Of a DNA stretch of 27,047 nucleotides, positions 17,248 to 25,609 are shown in pieces. The DNA is from a virus (lineage: Duplodnaviria > Caudoviricetes): positions 1-27,047 of the IMG/VR virus record IMGVR_UViG_3300044209_000031; one strand, 5' to 3'. Below the pieces are notes generated by a model. That model had not been told where the DNA came from, did no database searches, and saw only the letters and a list, made by a program, of their open reading frames with translations. Numbering within the stretch: the stretch's first letter is position 1; each line of letters opens with the position of its first letter. A program made the translations under genes and the position numbers.

Positions 17248-18505
17248 CCTCCCGCCTGTACAGCCTCACCCCCACCCGAACATCCTGTTCATCCGTGATC
17301 ATCTGGAAGGTCGTTGTACCTGTCCAGCCATTGTCCCCTCGCTCGAATACCGCCAGCAGCGGCTGATCATGCCCATCCACTACGAAGCGGGTGACATAGC
17401 GACGGCGCACGACAGCCACCTTCTCGCGGTAGTACCACTCCAGCCTCACCCAGATTTCATCAGGGTCACGCAGGGCTTCTGCCAGCATGGCCATGTATTT
17501 GCCCCGGCCCTGCTTGTCGATCTTCGAGAGGACATCGCGGCCACCCTTGGTGAACAGCTCATTGCCGATCACCACGCGCTCGCCAACGGCATCAGTGAAG
17601 ATGACGGGTTCATCCAGGGTGGCACCGAAGGGCTCAAGAAAGGCTTTTGCCATGGCCGCGGGCTGTTCAGACGCTGGTATGTCGGCCAGATCGAGTAGAG
17701 GCACGGGCGATGGCCGCGCAGTCGGCAACGGCTCATCGGGCAGTCGATTCGATACGCCTGGGCCGCTGGTTGCCCCCGAGATATGTGCCGGTGGCTTGTC
17801 CGGTGGCGGGATGGCTGCGGACAGCCGGCTGCGCCCCGGCGTGTACTCGAACCCCGGATCAACACCCTGCGGTACCTGCACCACACGCGGGCCGTTCGGG
17901 CTGCGCTGGCCGATGGTGTGCGTCTCCATCACCACCTCGGGGGCCTTGTCCGGACCGGACTTGCCCAGGCGCTGCAGGTCGCGCTCGGACAGCGCGCGGA
18001 TCGAGCACTGGCAGCCCCAGCCATTCGGCGGGAAATGCTGCTGCCACCATGGGTCGTCCCAGCGCAGCACCATACCGTTCCAGGCTTCATGCTGCGGGCG
18101 CGGGTGCTCCACTGCATCGCTGTGGATGTACTGCCAGTAGGGCCGCTGCTCACGCACGGCCATCAGCTGCTCATGGCGGCCCGCCATGTAGCTGCTGCGC
18201 AGGTTGGTCTCGTAGATCACCCGGCTGCGCCAGTTGCGACCACCGTTGTAGTCCCAGCCGTGTTTGGCCACGATGCGGTCGAAGTCCTTGCGGAAGTCCT
18301 CCAGCGTCGAGCCGCCGTCGATGGCCTTCTGCACTGCAGTGCGAAAGTCAGCCACCAGATCATCCCGGTTTGCACCGGCCACCACGAAGGCCCAGTCATG
18401 CTCCTGGGTGTAGATATCCGTCCAGCCCTGCGTCGGCAGGTTCAGTTTGCGGCGAAAGAACGCCTCCTGTTCGGTAAAGCTCAGCGACTCAGCCGTTATT
18501 GCCAC
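17243..18505 (-). CDS. Minor head protein MuF (gp30/F) fused to C-terminal PBECR2-like nuclease domain, 420 aa
   Basis: Start refined to GTG 18505 (RBS GGAGG). MuF motifs IYETNLRSSYMAGR, RPQHEAWNG and PPNGWGCQC. C-terminal LAEALRDPDEIW...RRRYV.RF...GWTGTTTF...RVGVRLYRR as recalled for PBECR2. Confidence 0.85.
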   Translation of the reverse strand: MAITAESLSFTEQEAFFRRKLNLPTQGWTDIYTQEHDWAFVVAGANRDDLVADFRTAVQKAIDGGSTLEDFRKDFDRIVAKHGWDYNGGRNWRSRVIYETNLRSSYMAGRHEQLMAVREQRPYWQYIHSDAVEHPRPQHEAWNGMVLRWDDPWWQQHFPPNGWGCQCSIRALSERDLQRLGKSGPDKAPEVVMETHTIGQRSPNGPRVVQVPQGVDPGFEYTPGRSRLSAAIPPPDKPPAHISGATSGPGVSNRLPDEPLPTARPSPVPLLDLADIPASEQPAAMAKAFLEPFGATLDEPVIFTDAVGERVVIGNELFTKGGRDVLSKIDKQGRGKYMAMLAEALRDPDEIWVRLEWYYREKVAVVRRRYVTRFVVDGHDQPLLAVFERGDNGWTGTTTFQMITDEQDVRVGVRLYRREE

Positions 18506-20066
18506 CGGCGGCCTCCTGCAGCACGTCGTAGCGGCCACGCAGGGCAGCAGCGGCCAGCGCGTGAGACATAGCCTCAGCGTACTGATCCAGCGTCATGTCC
18601 GGCAGCAGTTCGGTCAGACCATCGCGGATCTGCTCCAGGCTCTCGGCGTCATCCACCAGCGCGCGGATCTGGTCGATCCACTGATCGGTGGCTGGTCGCA
18701 TTACCTTGGCCAGCGCAGCGCTGGTATCGGCCGGACGCTGGGCAGTGGCGGCGGCCTGCAGGGGCTGCTGCGCGCCTGGTGTGGCAGCCACCGGCACAGC
18801 CTGCAAGATCTCCTCGCCCTCAGCCGGCTCAGGGATGGCCAGCCGCTCCTGTGCCCACTGTCGAGGGATGCGCAGGCCGATGCCAGCCAGCTTCGGCAGG
18901 CTGTCGGCATAGGCCGTCAGGTCTTCCGGCTCGCTGATATCGAAGCGCAGACGCGGGCAGCGCTTCCAGTCGCTGACCCAACCATTGAGCAATGCGATGG
19001 GGTAGATCAGATCGCGCGACAGGGTGGAAGCAATCTGCCGGGCATCGGCGTCGCGCAGGTCCATGCGCACCTCGTTGTGCACGTTGCCCAGCGCATTGGT
19101 GCTGCTGGCCCCATCGGCCTGACTGGTGAGGGTTCCGCCGAGGATGGCCTTGGACTGGGTACGCTCGCACCAGCTGATCATCAGCTCGAACGCCTTCGGG
19201 TCACCGGTAGCCGCGTCCAGGAAGTCGAGTTCCATGCCGCTGGGGATGATGCCGGAGGCGCGGTGCCCCAGCTGCGAAAGCGCCCGCAGCAGGGTCAGCT
19301 TGTCCTTCTCGCTGGAGCCCGACGGGTACTTGCCCAGTCGCATCGGGATGCCGTAGATCTCCAGGAACTCGGCCAGATCACCCACCGAGTAGTTCTTGAA
19401 CAGGAACGGCCAGGCCAGCACACGGAACAGCGCCGAGCGCTCCAGGTAACCCGACTTGGCCTTGTGCTGGTGGGTGATCCAGCCGAACGGCTGCAGCGGC
19501 TCGCCACCGCCAGGCCCACGCAGGCGGATCTCCTGACGGTAGCCGCGCACCACGGTGAACCAGCTCTGCGGCCGGTGCTCGATCGAGGCAGGCAGCCAGA
19601 TGCCATCATCACGGCCCCACTCCAGCTCTAGGTTGGCAAAGCCCTTGCCGATGCCATCGGTCACGTCGAACAGCATGCCCTCGAAGTCATCCAGCCCCTG
19701 CAGGTGCTCGTACAATGCCTCGGCGGCCTTGCGTTCGGTAGCCGATGGGTTGTTCGGTGGCACGATGTCCCAGTCCAGCCCCAGCAGCGCGCGGCGGCGC
19801 TTGCCTATCTCGGACATGATGTGGCCGTCCTTCTCCTCCATGTCTTCGAACAGATCGGACTGGGCGGCCAGATCGCCCTGTTCCGCCGCATCCATGATGC
19901 TGGCGAGCTTCGAGGGCGTCAGGCCCCGGGTCGGGTGGCCCTGCCACTCCTGGTGCAGACCGATCATGGTTGCCGTCTGCGGCTCGGCCAGGCGGCCGGT
20001 ATCCACGATGCCGCCACTGGTATTGAGGATGCGGCCGAGTGCGGCACGCAGCTTGTGCATCACCAT
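18489..20066 (-). CDS. Portal protein (Mu gp29 / DUF935), 525 aa
   Basis: Motifs HPTRGLTPSKLA, LFEDMEEKDGH, FLEIYGIPMRLGKY, SKAILGGTLTS and ALGNVHNEVR. Confidence 0.93.
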   Translation of the reverse strand: MVMHKLRAALGRILNTSGGIVDTGRLAEPQTATMIGLHQEWQGHPTRGLTPSKLASIMDAAEQGDLAAQSDLFEDMEEKDGHIMSEIGKRRRALLGLDWDIVPPNNPSATERKAAEALYEHLQGLDDFEGMLFDVTDGIGKGFANLELEWGRDDGIWLPASIEHRPQSWFTVVRGYRQEIRLRGPGGGEPLQPFGWITHQHKAKSGYLERSALFRVLAWPFLFKNYSVGDLAEFLEIYGIPMRLGKYPSGSSEKDKLTLLRALSQLGHRASGIIPSGMELDFLDAATGDPKAFELMISWCERTQSKAILGGTLTSQADGASSTNALGNVHNEVRMDLRDADARQIASTLSRDLIYPIALLNGWVSDWKRCPRLRFDISEPEDLTAYADSLPKLAGIGLRIPRQWAQERLAIPEPAEGEEILQAVPVAATPGAQQPLQAAATAQRPADTSAALAKVMRPATDQWIDQIRALVDDAESLEQIRDGLTELLPDMTLDQYAEAMSHALAAAALRGRYDVLQEAAGGNNG

Positions 20067-21715
20067 GCTGTTGGCTCCGAAAGCAGGCCGTTGTAGTCGT
20101 TGTCAGGGTTGGTCACGTTGTCGAAGCCCCGGCTGTTGCGCGGAACCTCGGTCCAGTCGATGCCGCCGCCATCCATCCAGCAGGCGCGCTCCACCATCGC
20201 CAGCGCGACGGCGAAGTCCCCGTGGCGCTTGGCCTTGCCGGCGCTGGCCTCAGCATCCAGGTCTTTCTTGCGGCCCTTGTCGATGGCCGGAACCCCGTTG
20301 ACCAGCTTGATGGACAGCAGGTCGTCCAGGGTGGACTGGTGACGCGGGATCTCGTAGCCGCCGGCCTCGAATTGGCCCTTCAGCCGGGGCATCCACTCGT
20401 GGTACCAGCCGGCAGACAGGTGCACCTGGTCCACTACGTTGACGCCGTACTTCAGCGCAGCCTGCTCGGCCAGATAGCCACCGTTGCCGGTCGCATCGAA
20501 GGCCATGCCGCCACGCCGTGGCAGCCGGTCGCAGATGAAGAACATCACCTGGCGCTGCTGCTCGTACGTCAGGTTGCGCAGCTCGACCACGAAGGGCACG
20601 CGGCGGCGCAGGTTGGGCAGGATGGTGGCCGGCACGAACACCGTCAGGTCGCCGCGACGGGCGAAGTCCTCGCCGAACACATGGCGGCAGGTCGGATCGA
20701 GCCGGGCCAGCTCGGGGCGCAGGTTCTCCTCACACCACTGCTGTACCTCGGCCTCGCGCATATCCGACGACCAGGCTTCAAAGCCAGCCGGCGCTTCGTA
20801 GCGGTAGATGCGGATCGAGTGGTCGGCCACCATGGCCAGCTCGATCAGGGCACGCGACAGGTAGTTGCCGCCGGACTTCTTCGGCACACAGCCGTATTCC
20901 TCGTCGGCGCACTCGACATTCGGTGCGTTGCGATACAGGCCATCCCGCCACGACTTCTCCGTCTCGGGTGACCAGGATTGACCGGTGACGTAGCAGATGC
21001 GGCGGTACAGCCCCTCCTGGATGGCAGCATCCAGCGTGATGCGGTGGATGCTGTAGTCCTTGCGGCCCTCGCGTGCATCCTGGATCAGCTGGTTGAACAG
21101 ATTGTCCACCCCGTTGTGGGTGCTGATCATCCGCACCTTGTTGCCCCACATGGTCAGAGCCAGCGCGGCCTTCAGCAGCTCCTCCAGGCTCTCATGGAAG
21201 GCCGCCTCATCAATCACCACATCACCCTGCAGACCGCGCAGGTTGCTCGGTCGGCTGCTGAGCGCCTGGATTTTCCGCCCCGTTTTCGGGAAGCGGATCA
21301 TGTAGGTCAGGATCTCTTCCTTCTTGCCTGCATCCCAGAAGGTCTGCTCGTAGACATCAGCCTCAGCCAGCTCGTTGAAGGCGCGGGCGAACAGCGCGCA
21401 GGCGGCGATGTACTCCAGCGCCATCTCCTGACGGCTGCCGACGTAGAAGGTATTGGTACCGCCCCGGCGGCGCGGCTTGGCCGCGTTGATGACGTTGCGC
21501 CCGGCCTCGGCCCAGGTCAGGCCGGTGCGGCGGGACTTCTCGGCCAGCATGATCTGGCTGTCATCCTCGAACCAGCGTTGCTGGTACGGCAGGAACACGG
21601 GCTCGCCGCTCGGCTGGGCCGCCGCAATGTCCTGCGGCACGTCCACGCCGTACAGCTCCATCTCTTCGGCCAGATCGATCTTGCGCGGCGCGCCCTGTGG
21701 CGTGAGTCCCTTCAT
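20060..21715 (-). CDS. Terminase large subunit (Mu gp28-like), 551 aa
   Basis: Motifs LPYQQRW, Walker A EKSRRTGLTW, Walker B VVIDEAAFH, ISTHNG, nuclease G.DFARRGDL and HGDFAVA. Confidence 0.93.
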   Translation of the reverse strand: MKGLTPQGAPRKIDLAEEMELYGVDVPQDIAAAQPSGEPVFLPYQQRWFEDDSQIMLAEKSRRTGLTWAEAGRNVINAAKPRRRGGTNTFYVGSRQEMALEYIAACALFARAFNELAEADVYEQTFWDAGKKEEILTYMIRFPKTGRKIQALSSRPSNLRGLQGDVVIDEAAFHESLEELLKAALALTMWGNKVRMISTHNGVDNLFNQLIQDAREGRKDYSIHRITLDAAIQEGLYRRICYVTGQSWSPETEKSWRDGLYRNAPNVECADEEYGCVPKKSGGNYLSRALIELAMVADHSIRIYRYEAPAGFEAWSSDMREAEVQQWCEENLRPELARLDPTCRHVFGEDFARRGDLTVFVPATILPNLRRRVPFVVELRNLTYEQQRQVMFFICDRLPRRGGMAFDATGNGGYLAEQAALKYGVNVVDQVHLSAGWYHEWMPRLKGQFEAGGYEIPRHQSTLDDLLSIKLVNGVPAIDKGRKKDLDAEASAGKAKRHGDFAVALAMVERACWMDGGGIDWTEVPRNSRGFDNVTNPDNDYNGLLSEPTAW

Positions 21716-22014
21716 GACCGATCACCGCGCAGGATGAACTGGATGATGGCCACGTCCCGTTTGGGCACATCACCACTGCGTACCAGTGCCATCAGGCGGC
21801 CGCGCTGACCTTCGAGCTGTGCAGAGCGGGCAGCGGTATCGGCCTGCGCGACCAGTTCACCCTCACGGATTACCTGCGCAGCATACTGAGCGCCGAGGAC
21901 GCCATCCTGCCGGTACAGGCCATACATGCGGCCGGCAACGAAGCCAAGGGCCAGCAGCATGAACACACCACTACCCAGAATGGCCATATCTGGCACGGTC
22001 AGGATCACTTCCAT
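21712..22014 (-). CDS. Hypothetical membrane protein, 100 aa
   Basis: Overlaps both terminase genes, suggesting translational coupling. One N-terminal hydrophobic helix. Confidence 0.6.
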   Translation of the reverse strand: MEVILTVPDMAILGSGVFMLLALGFVAGRMYGLYRQDGVLGAQYAAQVIREGELVAQADTAARSAQLEGQRGRLMALVRSGDVPKRDVAIIQFILRGDRS

Positions 22015-22562
22015 CAGGCTTTCCCCAGCAGAATGCGGCGGATACGGTCTTCCAGCTGCTCGCTCATGCCGTCGCTACCGCGCATTTCCTCCAGGCGCTC
22101 CTGCTGCTCGGCCAGCAGTCGTTCACGGGCAGCGGCCTCGATGGCCTTGCGCTCCTTCAGGGACAGGCTGCGGGTTTCCTGCACCGCCTTGGCGGCCCGG
22201 GCCAGATCGAGCACATCCTTGATGCCTGCATCACCATCCTGCAGCGCACCGAAGGTGGCATTGGTCGCCAGCGTGGTGACGGCCTGGGCCAGTAGTGCGC
22301 CGGAGCGGTCGTCGAAGTCTTCCCCCAGCTCGGCGACCAGGGCGGTAGCTGCTGCGTCGATCTCGCGCATGCTGCGCGCCATCTCATCGAAGGCCTGGCG
22401 CTTGCGGCCGAGTGCAGAGCGGCTTGGCAACTGGGTAGCCGGGAAGTGCTGTTGCAGATCCTTGATCAGCTCATCCAGCGTCAGACGGTTTTCGCGTAGC
22501 CGGCGCTCGATGTGACTGCGCACCTCAGCCGGCAGCCGGTCGACGGTCGATTTACGGCCCAT
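22014..22562 (-). CDS. DUF3486 / Mu gp27-like protein (putative terminase small subunit), 182 aa
   Basis: Start refined to MGRKSTVDRLP (ATG 22562). SRSALGR motif. Lies upstream of the terminase large subunit. Confidence 0.85.
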   Translation of the reverse strand: MGRKSTVDRLPAEVRSHIERRLRENRLTLDELIKDLQQHFPATQLPSRSALGRKRQAFDEMARSMREIDAAATALVAELGEDFDDRSGALLAQAVTTLATNATFGALQDGDAGIKDVLDLARAAKAVQETRSLSLKERKAIEAAARERLLAEQQERLEEMRGSDGMSEQLEDRIRRILLGKA

Positions 22563-22567
22563 GTCAG

Positions 22568-22867
22568 TCAGGCCCCCGGGCGCTTGACGCCATGGCATCG
22601 TGCGCGGCCGCTGGCCACGTCCTGCCCGCGCTCGGTCAGCGTCGCCAGCACGACTGCACCGGTCAGCTCACTGGTAGTCACCAGTCCCTGCTCAGCCAGC
22701 CAGCTGAGTTCGGTCTTTACCTGGTCGCGCGTAGGGGTATGCCCCCAGTGCTCCAGTGCCGTGGTCAGCACAGAGCTGTTGGCTCGGTATGACGGCATTT
22801 CAGACAGCACGCGCAGCAGCACCAGGCGGCGGTCCTCGGCCAGAAAGGTGGCGTAATGGTGGCTCAT
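22568..22867 (-). CDS. Mu gp26-like winged-helix protein, 99 aa
   Basis: Motifs EDRRLVLLRVL, ELSWLAEQGLV and LTERGQDVASG...GVKRP. Confidence 0.85.
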   Translation of the reverse strand: MSHHYATFLAEDRRLVLLRVLSEMPSYRANSSVLTTALEHWGHTPTRDQVKTELSWLAEQGLVTTSELTGAVVLATLTERGQDVASGRARCHGVKRPGA

Positions 22868-23181
22868 GCAGACCTCGTCAGCAGAAAGTCATTGATCCGG
22901 TCGACCGACCGGGACAAAGGGCCAAGCTCCCGCGCCAGCCCCGCAATCTCGGTCCTGATGGCTTTCATGTCGCCCATCATCTCGGCGACCAGCTTGTGAT
23001 CCGGCAGGTACTCCACCTGCTTTTCCAGCGTCAGCAGGCGCTCGTCCTGGCGGGTCAGGCGTGCAGCCAGTTGCGCGGCTTCATCTGCCGTGGCGGCCGA
23101 GCGTGCGGCGTGCCAGGAGTACAGGCCACCGGCAATGCTGATCAGCAGTGGGGCCAGTTGCAGTACTTGCTCCCAGGTCAT
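22864..23181 (-). CDS. DUF2730 / Mu gp25-like membrane-anchored coiled-coil protein, 105 aa
   Basis: N-terminal TM helix, RL..LE..VEYLP coiled coil and ...I.DFLL C-terminus. Synteny agrees. Confidence 0.8.
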   Translation of the reverse strand: MTWEQVLQLAPLLISIAGGLYSWHAARSAATADEAAQLAARLTRQDERLLTLEKQVEYLPDHKLVAEMMGDMKAIRTEIAGLARELGPLSRSVDRINDFLLTRSA

Positions 23182-23615
23182 CAGCTGGCCTCCAGCTCGA
23201 TGATGTCCTCACCGGGCATCAGACCATTCGGTCGGGCATCCCAGTAGCTGCGGCCGAAGGTGCGCACGGCGGCATACATGGCATAGCGCTTGATGCGGCT
23301 GATGCCGGCGCGCTGCAGTGCTTCCAGGAACAGCAGGTCAGCGGCAGCGCGAGAGGTGAACTGGCCGCAGTACAGGTAGTCATGCAGCACCGCCGGGGCA
23401 CGACTGGCATCGTTCTGATCGAGCACCGGGCGCAGCAGGCGCGGGATGCTGGCCAGGTCGGTGATGAAGCCACGCGGTACGCTGATGTGACCCAGCGAGT
23501 ACATGGCGGCCATCGGGGCGGTGAGGTGATAGGTCAGCGGCGTGAGCACTACCCACTCACCAGGGCGGTGGGCGCGCAAGTCGAGGGGGGAGGTAAAGCC
23601 AGCTGCAGCAGCCAT
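23181..23615 (-). CDS. DUF1353 family protein, 144 aa
   Basis: Motifs VPRGFITDLASIPR, AVLHDYLY, RAAADLLFLEAL and MYAAVRTFG. RBS AAGGAG. Confidence 0.88.
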   Translation of the reverse strand: MAAAAGFTSPLDLRAHRPGEWVVLTPLTYHLTAPMAAMYSLGHISVPRGFITDLASIPRLLRPVLDQNDASRAPAVLHDYLYCGQFTSRAAADLLFLEALQRAGISRIKRYAMYAAVRTFGRSYWDARPNGLMPGEDIIELEAS

Positions 23616-23674
23616 CTGGGGGACTCCTTGCGCCCCGGATGGGTGTGGGTGGCGTGGCGAGGCGCTATGGAGTC

Positions 23675-23720
23675 AGGGTGCAGGAACTAAGCGGATAGGT
23701 AATTTTTCCAACGCTAAAAC
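23675..23720 (-). promoter_or_regulatory. Putative late promoter at start of late operon
   Basis: Minus strand TTTTAGCGTTGGAAAAATTACCTATCCGC with CACCCT 25 nt after the GGAA box. Matches the site upstream of the protease gene. Confidence 0.65.
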
Positions 23721-23755
23721 CGCCCACTCAGAGCGGCCGGCGGCATAGCCAGGGA

Positions 23756-24361
23756 TCAAGCATCTTCCCGGATACTTGCCATGAATGCCCGCTGCTTCTC
23801 ATCCACCATGGCAGCGAGTTCGAAGTGGTGCACTTCGTAGATCTGGAAGGGCAGCAGTAACGTGCGCACAAGCGACAGCGACAGGAAGCCTGTACAGACG
23901 GCAAACAGTACGTTGATGACAGTGGTGTCAGACGACACGTTTTGTGCCACCAACCACGCCAGACCAGCCAGAACACACGCGACATGAACCACGAGGGTCA
24001 GTGCCTGCGAGAACAGCAGGTAGGTGATCTTCTCAACATAGGCAGAGGCCTGCTCGACAGACAGCGTGTCAGCCCCTGACGTCCGTCCGGTGAACAGCAT
24101 CAGCGTGACCATGAAGCCTGCCAGCACAGAAACCAGCGTCATGATTGCCGTGATTACATCCTTGGTGGACTTCACCTGATCTGGAGTCATGCAGTTGGCC
24201 AGCCACCATCCCAGGTAGCCGCCGAGCAGCAATGGCACCAACGCAGCAAAGATCTGCTTCAGCCAGAAATGCGAGGTATTGGTGACCACACGGAGCATCT
24301 GATGGGCAGCTGATGCTGCACTCTGCATCTCGTCAGGCACCAACCAATCTCGCAGTTTCAT
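23756..24361 (-). CDS. Four-TM integral membrane protein (candidate RexB-like effector), 201 aa
   Basis: Four hydrophobic segments (IFAALVPLLLGGYLGWWL; ITAIMTLVSVLAGFMVTLMLF; LLFSQALTLVVHVACVLAGLAWLV; VINVLFAVCTGFLSLSLV). Starts 1 nt after the upstream stop. Confidence 0.75.
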   Translation of the reverse strand: MKLRDWLVPDEMQSAASAAHQMLRVVTNTSHFWLKQIFAALVPLLLGGYLGWWLANCMTPDQVKSTKDVITAIMTLVSVLAGFMVTLMLFTGRTSGADTLSVEQASAYVEKITYLLFSQALTLVVHVACVLAGLAWLVAQNVSSDTTVINVLFAVCTGFLSLSLVRTLLLPFQIYEVHHFELAAMVDEKQRAFMASIREDA

Positions 24362-24362
24362 G

Positions 24363-25337
24363 TCATTCGGCTTCCATCTTCTTGACGGTTTTCAGAGTGC
24401 CGTCGGTCTTGATCGGCCCCTGCTTGCTCGGGTCGCGCAACTCTACCAGATACTCCTTCATGGCAGTCTCAATCTCGGTTACCGCCGGGCGTCCATCCGG
24501 CGTGAGCTGGATCTTTACCGGCTTGCGCTCTCGATACTTGGTCAGATCAGAAACGCCGCCACCCTCTTTGAACGACAAGGTGACTGAGGCCAGGAACTCG
24601 GAGTCAGCCTCTTCCAGCACCGCCAGTGCATCATCTTCGTCCAGAGTCTCGTCAGCGCCGGCCATCCATGAAACCATGCAACGGTTGGTGCCTTGAACCT
24701 GACCCTTCATGTCTCCCAGCGGCCTTGCAAACCGACTTGTCTGCCCGCCGACCTCATGCACCAGCGATGCGGTCACCTTGCTGATGCCGCCACGGCTGTT
24801 GATCAGGGCATGCAGATCCGAAGACCCGATATCGGACAGCTCAAGAACGCCATGGCCATCAGCAGAGCACGCCTTGATGAGTACCCGCAGCATCTTGGCA
24901 AGGCCACCTACACCACCTCCCCCTGCTACTGACTCGACGATCAGGATCTGACCATAGGCCAGGCAGCGGTAAGTCAATACCAGCTCGCTCGGCTGCCCGT
25001 CATCCGCCTTCAGATCAACCACCTGGATGGCTGCCTGCGCACTGGTCATATCCGGTGCGATGGCTTCAGGCACATGCCCCTTGGTATACGCACACACCGT
25101 GAACAGCACCCCATGTTTCAAGGTGGTGTGGTTGTTGATGAACAGACAGTGGGTGCCATCCTTGATACCTCCATTGCCCTTCGGTTTGGGACAGTGACGC
25201 TGCCCAACTGTCTGACCAGACAGCATGATCTTCAGGATTTCATCCTCGATTCTCGGGGGCTGCCAGTCCTTCGGCGTGTTCCGTGCCGGCTTGTAACCGA
25301 CCGCTTTTACAACCAGGGTTCTTGATGTGGTGTTCAT
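24363..25337 (-). CDS. Soluble hypothetical protein (candidate RexA/DUF4747-like sensor), 324 aa
   Basis: Start refined to MNTTSRTL (ATG 25337, AGGA RBS, just after the CsrA-like gene). No TM segment. Coupled to the 4-TM gene. The family assignment is inference. Confidence 0.65.
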   Translation of the reverse strand: MNTTSRTLVVKAVGYKPARNTPKDWQPPRIEDEILKIMLSGQTVGQRHCPKPKGNGGIKDGTHCLFINNHTTLKHGVLFTVCAYTKGHVPEAIAPDMTSAQAAIQVVDLKADDGQPSELVLTYRCLAYGQILIVESVAGGGGVGGLAKMLRVLIKACSADGHGVLELSDIGSSDLHALINSRGGISKVTASLVHEVGGQTSRFARPLGDMKGQVQGTNRCMVSWMAGADETLDEDDALAVLEEADSEFLASVTLSFKEGGGVSDLTKYRERKPVKIQLTPDGRPAVTEIETAMKEYLVELRDPSKQGPIKTDGTLKTVKKMEAE

Positions 25338-25353
25338 GTGTATTCCTGATATT

Positions 25354-25557
25354 TCACTCCCCCAACTCCCCCCGCCAGATATCCAGCTCATCCGGAGCGC
25401 GGATGGCCAGGCGGACTTTGCCGGCGTGGAGTTCGGTGACGGTGATCTCGATGCCTTCTTCCATCAGCCAGCGCAGGGCTTCCTGCGGGTCGACGTCATC
25501 GGCAACTTGCAGCTGGATGGTCTCGCCTTCCCGGCGAGTGAGGATGAGGTTTCCCAT
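25354..25557 (-). CDS. csrA: CsrA/RsmA-family translational regulator, RsmN(RsmF)-type with internal helix insertion, 67 aa
   Basis: MGNLILTRREGETI...IEITVTELHAGKVRLAIRAPDELDIWRGEL matches the CsrA pattern L.LTRR.GE.I...VR.GI.AP....I.REE. An extra segment DVDPQEALRWLMEEG resembles RsmN. RBS GGGGAG. Confidence 0.85.
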   Translation of the reverse strand: MGNLILTRREGETIQLQVADDVDPQEALRWLMEEGIEITVTELHAGKVRLAIRAPDELDIWRGELGE

Positions 25558-25609
25558 GGTTGCACTCCCTTGCGCATGATCTTGATGAGTTACTTGTCCG
25601 GCAGTTGGG

